A stretch of DNA of 60,483 bases, filler included, from Candidatus Woesearchaeota archaeon (GCA_046538795.1; 5 parts of 5 records of this genome joined end to end with filler, not necessarily neighbours in it); one strand, 5' to 3'. Positions 48,401 through 57,941 are shown, counted from the first letter of the whole stretch. Notes: generated by a model not told the origin, from the sequence alone. Numbers and translations are program-made.

Positions 48401-49660
48401 GATCTGTCAACACCTGATGGAGATCCTGCTATTCTTACTGTTGTATATAGGGCAGAGGAATCACGGCCCAAGATCATGCTTGAACATCCGGTGAATAACA
48501 CTTATAATGATGAAAGTCATGTGCAGTTTAATTTTTCAGTATATGATGACGAAGGCATAGATTCATGCATACTTTATCTTAATTCCACAGGTTCTTGGAA
48601 AGCGAATCAAAGTCTTTTTGATGTAGCTAATAATGCAATGAACAACTTTTCAGAAATTGAACTTAATGATGGGAAATATATATGGAATGTTTGGTGCAAT
48701 GACTCTATGGGAAATGAGAACTATAATCTTACTGACTTTGAACTTATTGTTGATACTCAGGGTCCTGATATAAAGATAAATGAGCCTTTGGATGGCTGGG
48801 AAATAGCATTGTTTGATATTAATTTCAGTTTCACGCCTAAAGATGAGTTTTCACCTAACGTGTCTTGTGATTTTTATATCGATGATATTCTGAATGTCTC
48901 ATCTATTGTGCTTAATTCTTCACAGCAGCATGATGAGATAATAAGTAACATCAGTAATGGATACCATAATTTTTCAGCATACTGTACAGATTATGCTGGA
49001 AATTCTGCATGGTCAGCTACTCATAATTTTAGTGTGTCAAGATTTACTAATTTGAGCATATGGGATCAGGCAGATATCTATTCAAATGTGTCTTTGTTTG
49101 AAGGAGCTTTGTTTTATGCCAATTATACTGATAAAGATGGATTGCCTATAAAGAATGCTTCATGCCTTATATCTTTTAATAGCACAGATAATGATTTCAT
49201 GAGTTATGATGATTCTTCAGGCGTTTATAGTATCTTAAGATCTATGAATACATCTGGTTATAACGCTTACATCGTAAACTGCGTGCATCCACTTTATGAT
49301 TCTTCTGCAGCAGATGATCAGATATACATATATCCAAAAACAAATGCATCTATAAGAAAGAGGATCACGATGATTGCTCCAAGAAAATATAATATATCAA
49401 TCGGATACAGGAACATGGCTAACTATTCAGGTTATGTTGAAGTAATTGATTATATAAACAGATTTTTTAACACAACATTTACGATAATGCCTACAAGTTC
49501 AAGAAATATAGATGGTGATTTTTTTGGAATGGTTTATAGCTGGAGATTCTTCCTTGATCCATCTGCGGGTGGAGAAGTTAATTATATAGTTGAGGCAAAT
49601 TCTTCTTATTACAGAGCAATGGAATTATACACAGTGGGTTTTGAGGCTTCTGATTCATAG
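45500..49660 (+). CDS. Giant acidic surface protein with Ig-like and DNRLRE-like domains, 5'-truncated
   Basis: The frame is open from the contig edge (PGKHSVKATF...). WVVPHLSNQTF, GLRFNLNIPKNATIVSAYLTL and DGKYIWNVWCND Ig-like motifs; many sequons. Confidence 0.85.
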   Translation, partial: PGKHSVKATFVRGSEFKTEKSSFIIIRPDVNITMEIPDKMYHYSGQLDIKGILNISHSGEPISGDVSLSIYSEDTLKNTCLTYCEGACEFNCTLKNHIEFTNYRIYATLLYDLLEFSTYEEFEVLFRKVKVDLDINRKENYSLNEPQEYIITAKDDVTENNIEGANIYVEIIDPYDTTYRILPSPLGNGKYSFEFIGVISGNYSAKLTFIKDAIFYSENFSFYVSDEEYVPLHERNVSLIQLPAKVGEDVKWIREVFADNMTRNVVIHKETKNLKINNLVDHDIRILAGNKNITYSELETFNELRLLEKRMESYEVLKKEAGIIEKMGINRQIESLALEASRLKGRYDINISHDPVLDLSGLEGYNVISYETPAPNKQEKNISDMKKEVTIYSELHYRDVLVSTSVTETYKDKIRLYWIKDGERELFRDVKYIDENKNGLVDNIEWVVPHLSNQTFEVEIVIEDERFSIPELSSVMQHDLARFVARPNWPEIDNHSDYFCTFVWDGVSYDMIYDNGNYEYYLEFDEIGEYDYKIMCGNQVKNGTLEILRSIDVPSRRSRFSKTYFFDDQFYVTDSFLFPMHYMDDGIWKNIDSEFIASEEGYSIKRGELEIRIKRDTDSAYLSEIIKDNKTILSKPLSVAYYDISNDNHTVLLEKNPDNSINVERIGNRIIFHDYFDMIDLEFEYRNDKIKQNLIISPEAIKIMPNPAAFSMDQARTMVVLISDINSYDLDIPETDGFSNEEIMLEGRISGELFLDKDYYHAPGDKDDIEMMQRMIFTEQERSLIFSGISFSDMKMHESTGIVFDPSFSITDTGSDAMSVNNDIRIDYYDSDSPYLFFGDYQGDTYQAGLRFNLNIPKNATIVSAYLTLVPGINMTGGSFTANILVQDTDDAALFSDGSGSIATFASYFPDTISWEIDTWSIDFNYSTPDISELVQVIVNKSGWEKGNHIGFMIDSGNASDSYRSFEDLSTPDGDPAILTVVYRAEESRPKIMLEHPVNNTYNDESHVQFNFSVYDDEGIDSCILYLNSTGSWKANQSLFDVANNAMNNFSEIELNDGKYIWNVWCNDSMGNENYNLTDFELIVDTQGPDIKINEPLDGWEIALFDINFSFTPKDEFSPNVSCDFYIDDILNVSSIVLNSSQQHDEIISNISNGYHNFSAYCTDYAGNSAWSATHNFSVSRFTNLSIWDQADIYSNVSLFEGALFYANYTDKDGLPIKNASCLISFNSTDNDFMSYDDSSGVYSILRSMNTSGYNAYIVNCVHPLYDSSAADDQIYIYPKTNASIRKRITMIAPRKYNISIGYRNMANYSGYVEVIDYINRFFNTTFTIMPTSSRNIDGDFFGMVYSWRFFLDPSAGGEVNYIVEANSSYYRAMELYTVGFEASDS

Positions 49661-49718
49661 GCAGGTTTGAGTTAAAAAACCAAAACTTATTAAATCAGCC
49701 TGATTTTTAGATTTCCTG

Positions 49719-50726
49719 ATGAAACACGATCTTAAGATAACGATTATACTTGTGACGATTTTTCTTATCTCGCAATTTGCCGGACTTTTCATAGTGAGCC
49801 AGTACATGACCTTTGAGACTACTCCTGCTGGTGAGATAAATGTTACTGAAACAAGAGAACTTCCAGGAAATATTGAACGTGTGGAAGTCGAGAATCCATG
49901 GGAACTTGTTGTGGGAATTTTTATTGCGATTATAATCGGGACTATACTCATACTTGTGCTAAGAAAATACAGATTGCAGAAATTCTGGAAAGGATGGTTT
50001 GTTGTTGCCGTGGTTACATGTATGACTTTTGCTCTTAATCCTCTTATTGGGCCTGTGGCTGCTCTTATAACTTCTGTTATATTTGGAGTATGGAAAGTTT
50101 TCTGGCCTAATTTTTATGTCCATAACCTGACAGAGATATTCATATATGGAGGACTTGCAGCGATATTTGTTCCGATAGATAAATTCAATGTGGTTGCAGG
50201 ATTTCTTCTGCTTATTGTTATCTCTCTTTATGATATCTTTGCGGTGTGGCAGAGCAAGCATATGGTAAAACTTGCGGAGTTTCAGACCGATTCAAAGGTT
50301 TTTGCAGGGCTTATGATACCTTATGTTTCTGGTTCAGGAAAGATAAAACCAAACAGCCATAAGGTATCTTTAAAAAATAAAGATGGTTCAAAAAGATACA
50401 AAGAAACACAGCTGAATCACAATGCAAAGCTTGAAAAGAACATAAAAAAGCTAGAAAAGCTCCAGCAAAAAGATTCTTCTGCGAAAAATAAGGATTCTAT
50501 GGTCAGCAATGCTATCCTTGGCGGAGGAGATATAGGATTTCCTTTGATATTTGCAGGGGCTGTCATGAAAAGCTTTGGGTTTACAAAAGCAATGATTATC
50601 CCTGTTTTTGCGGCAATTGCTCTTTTAGGACTTTTGTTATACAGCAAGAAGGGAAAATTTTACCCTGCCATGCCTTTTATTACAGCAGGATGTACATTAG
50701 GATATGTTATCATATTGCTTCTTTAG
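49719..50726 (+). CDS. Presenilin-family (GxGD) intramembrane aspartyl protease
   Basis: SLYDIFAVW, LGGGDIGFP and YPAMPF motifs; about 9 TM helices. Confidence 0.93.
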   Translation: MKHDLKITIILVTIFLISQFAGLFIVSQYMTFETTPAGEINVTETRELPGNIERVEVENPWELVVGIFIAIIIGTILILVLRKYRLQKFWKGWFVVAVVTCMTFALNPLIGPVAALITSVIFGVWKVFWPNFYVHNLTEIFIYGGLAAIFVPIDKFNVVAGFLLLIVISLYDIFAVWQSKHMVKLAEFQTDSKVFAGLMIPYVSGSGKIKPNSHKVSLKNKDGSKRYKETQLNHNAKLEKNIKKLEKLQQKDSSAKNKDSMVSNAILGGGDIGFPLIFAGAVMKSFGFTKAMIIPVFAAIALLGLLLYSKKGKFYPAMPFITAGCTLGYVIILLL

Positions 50727-50733
50727 AATTAAT

Positions 50734-50833
50734 NNNNNNNNNNNNNNNNNNNNNNNNNNNNNNNNNNNNNNNNNNNNTTAATTAATTAANNNNNNNNNNN
50801 NNNNNNNNNNNNNNNNNNNNNNNNNNNNNNNNN
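50734..50833. other. Artificial contig linker
   Basis: 44N-TTAATTAATTAA-44N. Confidence 0.98.
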
Positions 50834-51169
50834 AGGGAGTCCTACAAACAATCCTATCGCAAGAAGCATTGATGATGTGATGGTTATTGCGATTTCTTTT
50901 GTAGATAGTTTTTCCTCATCTTCGCCAAGAGATTCATTGGCTGAGAATGTAAGCGCTTTCATGCCTACTATAAGCATGTCAAAAAGAGAAAATATGCCTC
51001 TTATAAATGGCCACTTGAGTAATTTAAGATTATAAAATTTTGAACTATATGTTTCTTTTTTTATGGTGATCTTTCGGTCAGGCCTTCTCACAGCCACAGC
51101 TATCTTATTCTTGTTTTTCATTAGAACTCCTTCAATAAGAGCCTGGCCGCCTATTATTTCCTTTGCCAT
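50834..51169 (-). CDS. DUF1385 membrane protein, 3'-truncated
   Basis: IGGQALIEGVLM, AVRRPD and PFIRG motifs. Confidence 0.88.
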
Positions 51170-51197
51170 GTATTAGAAATAGGTAATTATTGTTTTT

Positions 51198-53426
51198 TTA
51201 TATACTTATTGTAAAACTATCTTTGTTTCCTGCTGAATCTTCTATATGAAGTGTTGCTGTTTCTGATAACTGCTCATTTATTATGAAGCTGCATGCCATA
51301 CTTAACTGAGATCCTGAGCAGTCTCTTTTTGGATCAAATCCAGTAATGCCTTCTATTATTATATTTTCTTCATTTAGCTTTATGTCATCGCTTATCTCTA
51401 TTATTACACGATTGTTGTTTATCTCGAATTGATCTATCGAAGGTTTTCTGATGTCATAGATTATGTTTTCTTCGATATTTTTGTAGTTGCCTGCAAGATC
51501 TCTTATCTCGATTTTTATGTTATTGAATCCTTCTTCAAGTACATCATCAAATGAACAGGTTATTGTCCTGTTTGTCCTTAGACAGATCTCATTAAGATCA
51601 GTTATTTCTTTTAGTGAATCAGGGCTTGTTGTATTAAGAAATTGCATGTCAATATCGCTTATCTTGTCTTTTAGTTTTATCTCAAGATTTTTCTTGTTTG
51701 TTATCTTGTTTGTATTTATCCTTATTTCTGGTTCTTCTGTATCATATATGAAATTTATACTTTCTGAATTTTCGTTTTCCAGGTTGTCTGTTGATATTAT
51801 GAGAAGAGTATTCATTCCTTGCCTTAGCTCTTCTCCTTCAAATGTACATTCATGAATCTTTGCTTTTTGTTTGCAGTTATCTTCTTTTGATTTGAATCCT
51901 TTTGTTCCTTTTACAAGTATTTCTTTTGTTCCGCTTATCATGTCTTTTACTGAAAATGATATTATTTTCTTGTTATGATATCTTTTTTCTTCTGATGGCA
52001 TTTTGAGAGTTATTTCCGGAGGCGCGTTGTCGTAATTGAAATTGCTTGTAACAAAAAGAGAATTTCCTGCCATATCTTTTATTTCAAGATGAACCTTGTT
52101 TAGTCCTTGTTTAAGATGATTTCCTGCATCTATATTGCAGAAAAGATAATCTTCTACTTTATTGCAGTGAGAATTGAGACTTTCCTTATATCCTGAGATA
52201 GTTGCTGTTGATTTTTTTATGTTGATTCCTGATATGTCGTCCTTGACAGAAAATGAGATGAAATTGTTATTTATGTAACTGTAATCTTCTATGTTGAAAT
52301 CAATCATTTCAGGCAGTTTTTGATCGTAGATGAAATCAATTGTCTTTTTCATCCTGTTTCCTGACTTATCTTCTGCTGTTATTGTTATTGTATTTTGTCC
52401 CTGTTTTTGGTTTATGTTTCTTATTGAGCATGCATAGCCTTTCCTTATTGATTGACAGTTTAAGGATGGATCAAATATATTGAGATTTTTTATTTCTATT
52501 GTGTTTAATTCTATCTGGCTGTTATCTGTAATTTCAAAAATAATATCTTTTGAATCAGTAAATCCGTTATCTGCTGGCTGTAAAATTGTTATTATTGGTT
52601 TTTGCGTATCTTTGAAAAATGATTCTTCTTTTGGATATGTTTCAACAATTTTGTCTATAGCATTTTCAGAATATTCTGTTTCTCCAAATATTAAAAATAA
52701 AAATCTATCTTCATTGAAGTAAATTGCATTTGGATAATCTTTTTCTTCTTCAAACTCTATCTGAAATATTTTTTCGGTTGAGAAAGTGAATGAATAATTT
52801 GGTTTAAGATATTTTTCTGCATATTTGTAGAGTGTGGGCTGATCAATAAACTCGACAACTATTACCTGTCTTTTGCTTTCTATCCATTCATAGCTTCTTG
52901 CTTCTGTAAATTCTTCAGGAGAAGTTAAGTATTTATCGATTTTTTCACTTATAATTTCTCTATCTTCCTGTTTTTCTTTTAGTTTAATGTCTTCTAATTC
53001 TTCAAGCTTAAAATCATCAATTGCCATTTCATTCCATGCATCTTTAAGAAATGCTCTTGCAAAAGGATTGTCTTTATTGATTGTGAGGCTTGAAAACATC
53101 AGAAATATGAAGACTACTAATGCAGAGATTACTATTAGAAAAAGAGGGTTTACCTTGTGCATGCTGAACACTGCGCTTAATACAATTATTATGAAAAAAC
53201 CTATTAGCATGACCCACATGATATATTCTATTTCTTGAAGATTGAATCCTCCTGATGATTTTTTTGGCAATAAATCGCCCTGATTTCTTAAAGAAAGGTT
53301 TGTCGCGTCTTCAATCTCTGCAATTATATCTGGAATTTCTTCGTCCTCTTCGATTGCAATTGATTGAGGCAATATTAGTAATATTAGAAATAAGAATACT
53401 AATGATAATTTTTTCTTTTGAAACAT
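51198..53426 (-). CDS. Membrane-anchored protein with tandem Ig-like repeats
   Basis: Signal peptide and two TM helices, then about five repeats of DxxxPxI...DxxSG...C...C...GxNxI...DxxGN. Confidence 0.8.
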   Translation of the reverse strand: MFQKKKLSLVFLFLILLILPQSIAIEEDEEIPDIIAEIEDATNLSLRNQGDLLPKKSSGGFNLQEIEYIMWVMLIGFFIIIVLSAVFSMHKVNPLFLIVISALVVFIFLMFSSLTINKDNPFARAFLKDAWNEMAIDDFKLEELEDIKLKEKQEDREIISEKIDKYLTSPEEFTEARSYEWIESKRQVIVVEFIDQPTLYKYAEKYLKPNYSFTFSTEKIFQIEFEEEKDYPNAIYFNEDRFLFLIFGETEYSENAIDKIVETYPKEESFFKDTQKPIITILQPADNGFTDSKDIIFEITDNSQIELNTIEIKNLNIFDPSLNCQSIRKGYACSIRNINQKQGQNTITITAEDKSGNRMKKTIDFIYDQKLPEMIDFNIEDYSYINNNFISFSVKDDISGINIKKSTATISGYKESLNSHCNKVEDYLFCNIDAGNHLKQGLNKVHLEIKDMAGNSLFVTSNFNYDNAPPEITLKMPSEEKRYHNKKIISFSVKDMISGTKEILVKGTKGFKSKEDNCKQKAKIHECTFEGEELRQGMNTLLIISTDNLENENSESINFIYDTEEPEIRINTNKITNKKNLEIKLKDKISDIDMQFLNTTSPDSLKEITDLNEICLRTNRTITCSFDDVLEEGFNNIKIEIRDLAGNYKNIEENIIYDIRKPSIDQFEINNNRVIIEISDDIKLNEENIIIEGITGFDPKRDCSGSQLSMACSFIINEQLSETATLHIEDSAGNKDSFTISI

Positions 53427-53522
53427 TATGTTTTATCTGATGGTATTGTATAAATAATTTGTTGAAGATCACAATTTTCTGTGTTTTCTTTTTTATTGAA
53501 AATAATCAAGAAACAAAACTTT

Positions 53523-54197
53523 TTATTCAATCTGATCGGGCATGTCTTTTTTGAATTTTCTTATCATGAAAGGTACCAGTATAAAGAAGAATGATGCAAT
53601 AATTATGGGGGGTAGCATATCTTTCCATGTTCCTCCTAATGCAGACCCCAAATAAACCATGGAAAAACTTCCGAATAGGTTTGTTATGATGGTAGATAAA
53701 AGAAAGTCTTTTGTCTTTACTTTTTTGACAAGGCCTGCTGCATAATTAAAGAGCATGTAATGAAACAGGACAAATCTTAGGAGAATCAATGTAAATAGCC
53801 CATTCTTGTCAAGATTTTTATCAAGAGCTATCTTTATTCTTTCAAGAGTCCTGCTCTTTTTTTTGATCCTTGCGTTTTTTCCTATGTTTCTTGAGATAAA
53901 AAAAGATATGATGGCTGCAATTGTCGCTGTTGTGATAGTTATTGCCATACCATATGGAAGTCCGAAGATTGTTCCTGCAAGGATCACAAGGAACTGGTCT
54001 GGAAGAAAAAGCAAAAGAAAAGAAATATGAATCGCTGCAAAGATTAGCGGAGCGAATATTCCTGCTGAACTTACGATAGATCTTATGTTTTCTTTTGCAA
54101 GGATTTCTTTTAAAGGTGTAAAAAGATATGCGATAATTACTGTGGCAATGAGAACCAAATATGCTGTTATGAGAGTCTTTTTCTTATGCATTTGCAT
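53523..54197 (-). CDS. TVP38/TMEM64 (DedA/VTT) family membrane protein
   Basis: LPDQFLVILAGTIFG, LLRF...NYAAG motifs. Start set at ATG 54197. Confidence 0.88.
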   Translation of the reverse strand: MQMHKKKTLITAYLVLIATVIIAYLFTPLKEILAKENIRSIVSSAGIFAPLIFAAIHISFLLLFLPDQFLVILAGTIFGLPYGMAITITTATIAAIISFFISRNIGKNARIKKKSRTLERIKIALDKNLDKNGLFTLILLRFVLFHYMLFNYAAGLVKKVKTKDFLLSTIITNLFGSFSMVYLGSALGGTWKDMLPPIIIASFFFILVPFMIRKFKKDMPDQIE

Positions 54198-54201
54198 CAA
54201 T

Positions 54202-54609
54202 CTAGAGTCCAAGATACTTATCAATATCAGTTGCGACTTTTTTCATGTCAGAAATAGTCCTTTTCATATCTTCTTCAAGCTCATCGACAAGCGATGCCAG
54301 ATTATCTACTCTTAAAGAATATTTATTCCTGTTTGAAATAACTATTCCTGATTTCATAAGCCTGTTTATGTGATGCATAACAGTTCCTCTTGTAAGACTG
54401 AGCCTGTATGCCAATTCATCGCTTGATAGTCCTTCCTGGCTTTTTGAATGTTTCAGAAGCTCTATAAATATCCTAAAGCAGCTTTGATCTTTATCTCTTA
54501 AGTTAAAAAGTCCTAATGAGGCTCCCAGCCATCTGAGTGCTTCATTGATATTCTCATTCTTTTTTTTCCTAAGTGAAATTATTGTTATTTTCTGCTCATT
54601 GACTATCAT
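54202..54609 (-). CDS. Winged-helix transcriptional regulator
   Basis: LSSDELAYRLSLTRGTVMHHINRLMKSGIV helix-turn-helix. Confidence 0.85.
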   Translation of the reverse strand: MIVNEQKITIISLRKKKNENINEALRWLGASLGLFNLRDKDQSCFRIFIELLKHSKSQEGLSSDELAYRLSLTRGTVMHHINRLMKSGIVISNRNKYSLRVDNLASLVDELEEDMKRTISDMKKVATDIDKYLGL

Positions 54610-54763
54610 AAAATATAAATAGTTCTATATATTTATAAAATTTGTCTTAGATTTGGTGATTTTACTGCTAATTTCTTTTAAGCGTTTTTCAGAAAACTAT
54701 ATATAATATTGCGGGCTTTGGATTTAAATCATAAAATAACCTTCCATGGGGTGTGGTCCTGAA

Positions 54764-55795
54764 ATGAAAGTTGAAGAATGGTTTGAGAAAAATAAGTTTA
54801 AAGCCAAGAGTTTTTCTGATATCAAGCGTCTGATTAAACTTAAGAAAGAGCAAAACCTGAAAATAAGCCTTTGTGTTCCTACGCTTAATGAGGGTGCGAC
54901 TATAGGCAAGGTCATAGATATATTAAAGTCAAGGCTTATGGATGAGCACAAGTTGATTGATGAGTTTATCGTTGTGGATTCGGGCTCTACTGATAATACT
55001 AAAGATGAGACTGAAAAAAGAGGTGTAACTTTTTTTTCAGCCAGCAAGGTCTTAAAAAATTATGGTGATCTCAAAGGAAAAGGTGAGAATCTTTGGAAAT
55101 CCTTGTATGTGACTACCGGAGATATTATCGTCTGGGTGGATGCTGATATCAAGAATATCCATCCGAGATTTGTATATGGTCTTGTGGGTCCTTTGCTTAC
55201 CCATCCAAACATAAGCTTTGTAAAAGCGTTCTATCAAAGACCTATCAAGGTCGGTGAGGAACTTGTCCCATTGGGAGGCGGTCGTGTAACTGAACTTACC
55301 ATAAGACCCTTATTCAACATGTATTTTCCAAGACTTTCTGGTTTTATCCAGCCTTTGAGCGGTGAATATGCAGGAAGACGTTATCATCTTGAAAGAATAC
55401 CATTTTTCACTGGATATGGTGTTGAAACAGGCATGCTTATTGATTTTGTCAAGAAATTTGGGCTTAAGTCAATAGCTCAGGTTGATCTTGTGAAAAGAGT
55501 TCACAGGAATAGCCCCTTGGCCTCTCTTTCCAGGATGGCGTTTGGCATACTTCAGGTATTTGCAAAACGTGCTAATGCATTGGGCAAATATATTTTAGTT
55601 AGAAAACCAAGGGATACCATAAGAATCATTGAACATAGGCGTGATGGATCACATAATCTTGTCAAGAGAAAAATAGTCGATGTTGAAAGACCTCCTATGA
55701 TTATAATTGATGAATACCGGGAAAGATTCAAGCTTGATCCTGAATGGGTCTATGAAGACGATCTTGGTAAAAAGAAATCATATCAAAGTGAATGA
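54764..55795 (+). CDS. gpgS: Glucosyl-3-phosphoglycerate synthase
   Basis: PTLNE, GKGENLWKSL, DAD, GGRVTEL, QPLSGEYAGRR, GYGVE, RVHRN and ERPPM motifs. Start set at ATG 54764. Confidence 0.88.
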   Translation: MKVEEWFEKNKFKAKSFSDIKRLIKLKKEQNLKISLCVPTLNEGATIGKVIDILKSRLMDEHKLIDEFIVVDSGSTDNTKDETEKRGVTFFSASKVLKNYGDLKGKGENLWKSLYVTTGDIIVWVDADIKNIHPRFVYGLVGPLLTHPNISFVKAFYQRPIKVGEELVPLGGGRVTELTIRPLFNMYFPRLSGFIQPLSGEYAGRRYHLERIPFFTGYGVETGMLIDFVKKFGLKSIAQVDLVKRVHRNSPLASLSRMAFGILQVFAKRANALGKYILVRKPRDTIRIIEHRRDGSHNLVKRKIVDVERPPMIIIDEYRERFKLDPEWVYEDDLGKKKSYQSE

Positions 55796-55951
55796 TTTTT
55801 TTCTTTTTTTTCTTGAAAAACAATATTTATTAATTTTTACAAAGACTTCTTTATTTATTACACAAAACCAATTTCTTACACAAAGCCCTTTTAAACGGAC
55901 ACTGTTTAGTAAACAACACCTTTATATATGAGATAATTCTATAATACTTTG

Positions 55952-56051
55952 NNNNNNNNNNNNNNNNNNNNNNNNNNNNNNNNNNNNNNNNNNNNTTAAT
56001 TAATTAANNNNNNNNNNNNNNNNNNNNNNNNNNNNNNNNNNNNNNNNNNNN
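55952..56051. other. Artificial contig linker
   Basis: 44N-TTAATTAATTAA-44N. Confidence 0.98.
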
Positions 56052-56255
56052 TAGTCCTTTTTAATTTGCTGTCTTCATTTAGCTTTCAGCCAGCAAATAA
56101 AAAAAAGGCGAGTCTTTATTATTTTTAATTAGTCCTTTTTAATTTGCTGTCTTCATTTAGCTTTCAGCCAGCAAATAAAAAAAGGCGAGTCTTTATTATT
56201 TTTCAATAGTCCTTTTTAATTTGCTGTCTTCATTTAGCTTTCAGCCAGCAAATAA
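56052..56255. repeat. Non-coding tandem repeat, 77-78 bp unit, about 2.6 copies, cut by the contig start
   Basis: Units start at 56052, 56130 and 56207. The 49-bp core TAGTCCTTTTTAATTTGCTGTCTTCATTTAGCTTTCAGCCAGCAAATAA is identical in all three. Confidence 0.95.
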
Positions 56256-56322
56256 GCAAAGAGTTAAAAATGATTGTTTTTTTACTTTTATGATCTTATA
56301 CAAAAGATAAAGGTTGATTATA

Positions 56323-57165
56323 ATGGATGAAAAAAAATACAGGCATCATGTCCAAAAGGTTAGTGATTTTGATTATGAAAAATCTGGTGCAGACAAAAAA
56401 GCAGAAAGCAACAAGCATCATACATCTCGTCATAAAAGAGATATAGATCACAAGGAAGATCATAAGGTCGTGAGAAAACAGCAAAAGATGAGCTCAAGGG
56501 TGCTTATATATTTTCTAATGCTTATTATAGTAATACTAGGAGGATTATTTGCTATCAGGATGTTTCTCCCTGAACCAGATGATGGAAAATATAATGGTTT
56601 TGACTGCCAGGAATATGGCAATTTTACTTATTGCAGAATAGCTGTCCAGAAACAGGATGTAGTTGATGGAGAACTTGTGCTTGGACCCTTGAAAGAATAT
56701 GATCTTCAATTTAGAAATCCTCCTTGGGAACTTGAAGATATCCCAGTAGCAGGTAATGTGAGCCAGCTTGTAAACATATCAAGGACAAAATTTATCTATC
56801 TTGCAATACCAGGAAATATAGCAAATATCGAACTTGCAAAAATAGGTATCGGAGCGATAGAGATAAGCAGGCTTTTGGGAGATAGATATGACATATTCAA
56901 TATAGAGTCTAAATCAGCCCTAATAACAGAAACTGTTGAAGATCCTGGATTATATAATGACTCTGACATACCTTTAGTTAACTGCGAGAATGCTACTAAT
57001 TCAACAGCAGTAATGCTTTTTGGCTATGGAGATCAGAGTTTTGTTAGCAAGCAGGGTAACTGCTATATTGTTGCAGGAAAAACAGCAGATGATGTCATAA
57101 GAGCTGCTGACCGCCTTGCATATACTGTGTTGGGTATTATGAGAAAAGAATATTACTCTGAATGA
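56323..57165 (+). CDS. Single-pass membrane protein of unknown function
   Basis: His/Lys-rich N-terminus, one TM helix and an external Cys-containing domain. Start set at ATG 56323. Confidence 0.8.
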   Translation: MDEKKYRHHVQKVSDFDYEKSGADKKAESNKHHTSRHKRDIDHKEDHKVVRKQQKMSSRVLIYFLMLIIVILGGLFAIRMFLPEPDDGKYNGFDCQEYGNFTYCRIAVQKQDVVDGELVLGPLKEYDLQFRNPPWELEDIPVAGNVSQLVNISRTKFIYLAIPGNIANIELAKIGIGAIEISRLLGDRYDIFNIESKSALITETVEDPGLYNDSDIPLVNCENATNSTAVMLFGYGDQSFVSKQGNCYIVAGKTADDVIRAADRLAYTVLGIMRKEYYSE

Positions 57166-57941
57166 TAACTGTTTTGTTTTTTTGCTTCTTTATATTTTTT
57201 TATAGCTGATTCAGGATTATTTATGAATTCTGTGAATTCTTTTTCAAGCAGATTTTTTGCGCATCTTATATCTGTGCATATCTTTTTTCTTTCAGGTTCA
57301 TATTCATCTTCTCCTGATTCCAAAAGCACATCATCAAATTCTCCTGAAACATATGATATAGTATTTCCTGGATCTTTTATTATGCGGTAGAATTCAATTC
57401 TTTCAGGCCTTTGAGTATCCTGTGTATCTCTTGACTCATTAATTTTGATGGCTGCAAATATTCCAAGATATGGTGTTTCATCTTTGATGAACGTAGTGAT
57501 ATATCCTGAGGCGCACATTTCATAATTTCCGTCTTCAAAATCTCTTGATTTTTTTCTTGCAAATTCAGCAGTTTTAAGATCGTCAATATCACCAATTTCA
57601 AGAGACTCTTCTTTATCGCAATCATATCCTGAAAATATAAGATAATTCTGGCTTTTTATGGAATCAAAGTCAGGTGATACGAAGTAAGGCTTTTCAGCAA
57701 TCTCTTCAAGTCCTCTCCTAAGATAGTGATTATCTGCAAGGTATGAAAGATCATTTTCAGAATCAGAGTATAGTTCGTCAGAATGTCTTAGAAGAGAATC
57801 AGCACTATCAGCAAAAAGAGTAATTGTTTTTCTGGAAATCTGACCTTGCCTGTATAATCCGCTTTCAGAATCTCTTATCCCGTCAACTCTTGAATCAAGG
57901 TTATCAGGTGCAATCTCTTCGAATAATAGTTTATCATGCAT
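57153..57941 (-). CDS. Acidic hypothetical protein
   Basis: 262-aa ORF with SD-like AAGGAAGTGA upstream; no motif recognised. Confidence 0.7.
   Translation of the reverse strand: MHDKLLFEEIAPDNLDSRVDGIRDSESGLYRQGQISRKTITLFADSADSLLRHSDELYSDSENDLSYLADNHYLRRGLEEIAEKPYFVSPDFDSIKSQNYLIFSGYDCDKEESLEIGDIDDLKTAEFARKKSRDFEDGNYEMCASGYITTFIKDETPYLGIFAAIKINESRDTQDTQRPERIEFYRIIKDPGNTISYVSGEFDDVLLESGEDEYEPERKKICTDIRCAKNLLEKEFTEFINNPESAIKKYKEAKKQNSYHSE

Noticed and set aside
42608..49660. Two large surface-protein fragments as halves of one gene
   Set aside because: Both are 5'-truncated, lie on opposite strands and have their own stop codons, so they are separate genes on separate contigs.
50726..50733. 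Two contigs end in GAATTAAT (also 23030-23037), suggesting a shared insertion site
   Set aside because: An 8-bp AT-rich match resembling the linker itself; no transposase or terminal repeat is visible.
23038..56051. Four identical N-flanked TTAATTAATTAA elements
   Set aside because: Artificial six-frame-stop contig linkers. Gene adjacency across them is not biological evidence.
56052..56255. Possible CRISPR array
   Set aside because: The intervening sequences are near-identical rather than unique spacers, and no cas genes are present.
56052..56255. Possible hammerhead ribozyme or coding repeat
   Set aside because: No CUGANGA core; the only ATG-initiated frame I found is MKTAN*, and unit lengths of 78 and 77 break any frame.
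57153..57165. Convergent genes overlapping 13 bp, both ending Ser-Glu-stop
   Set aside because: A short convergent overlap explains it; there is no evidence of function.
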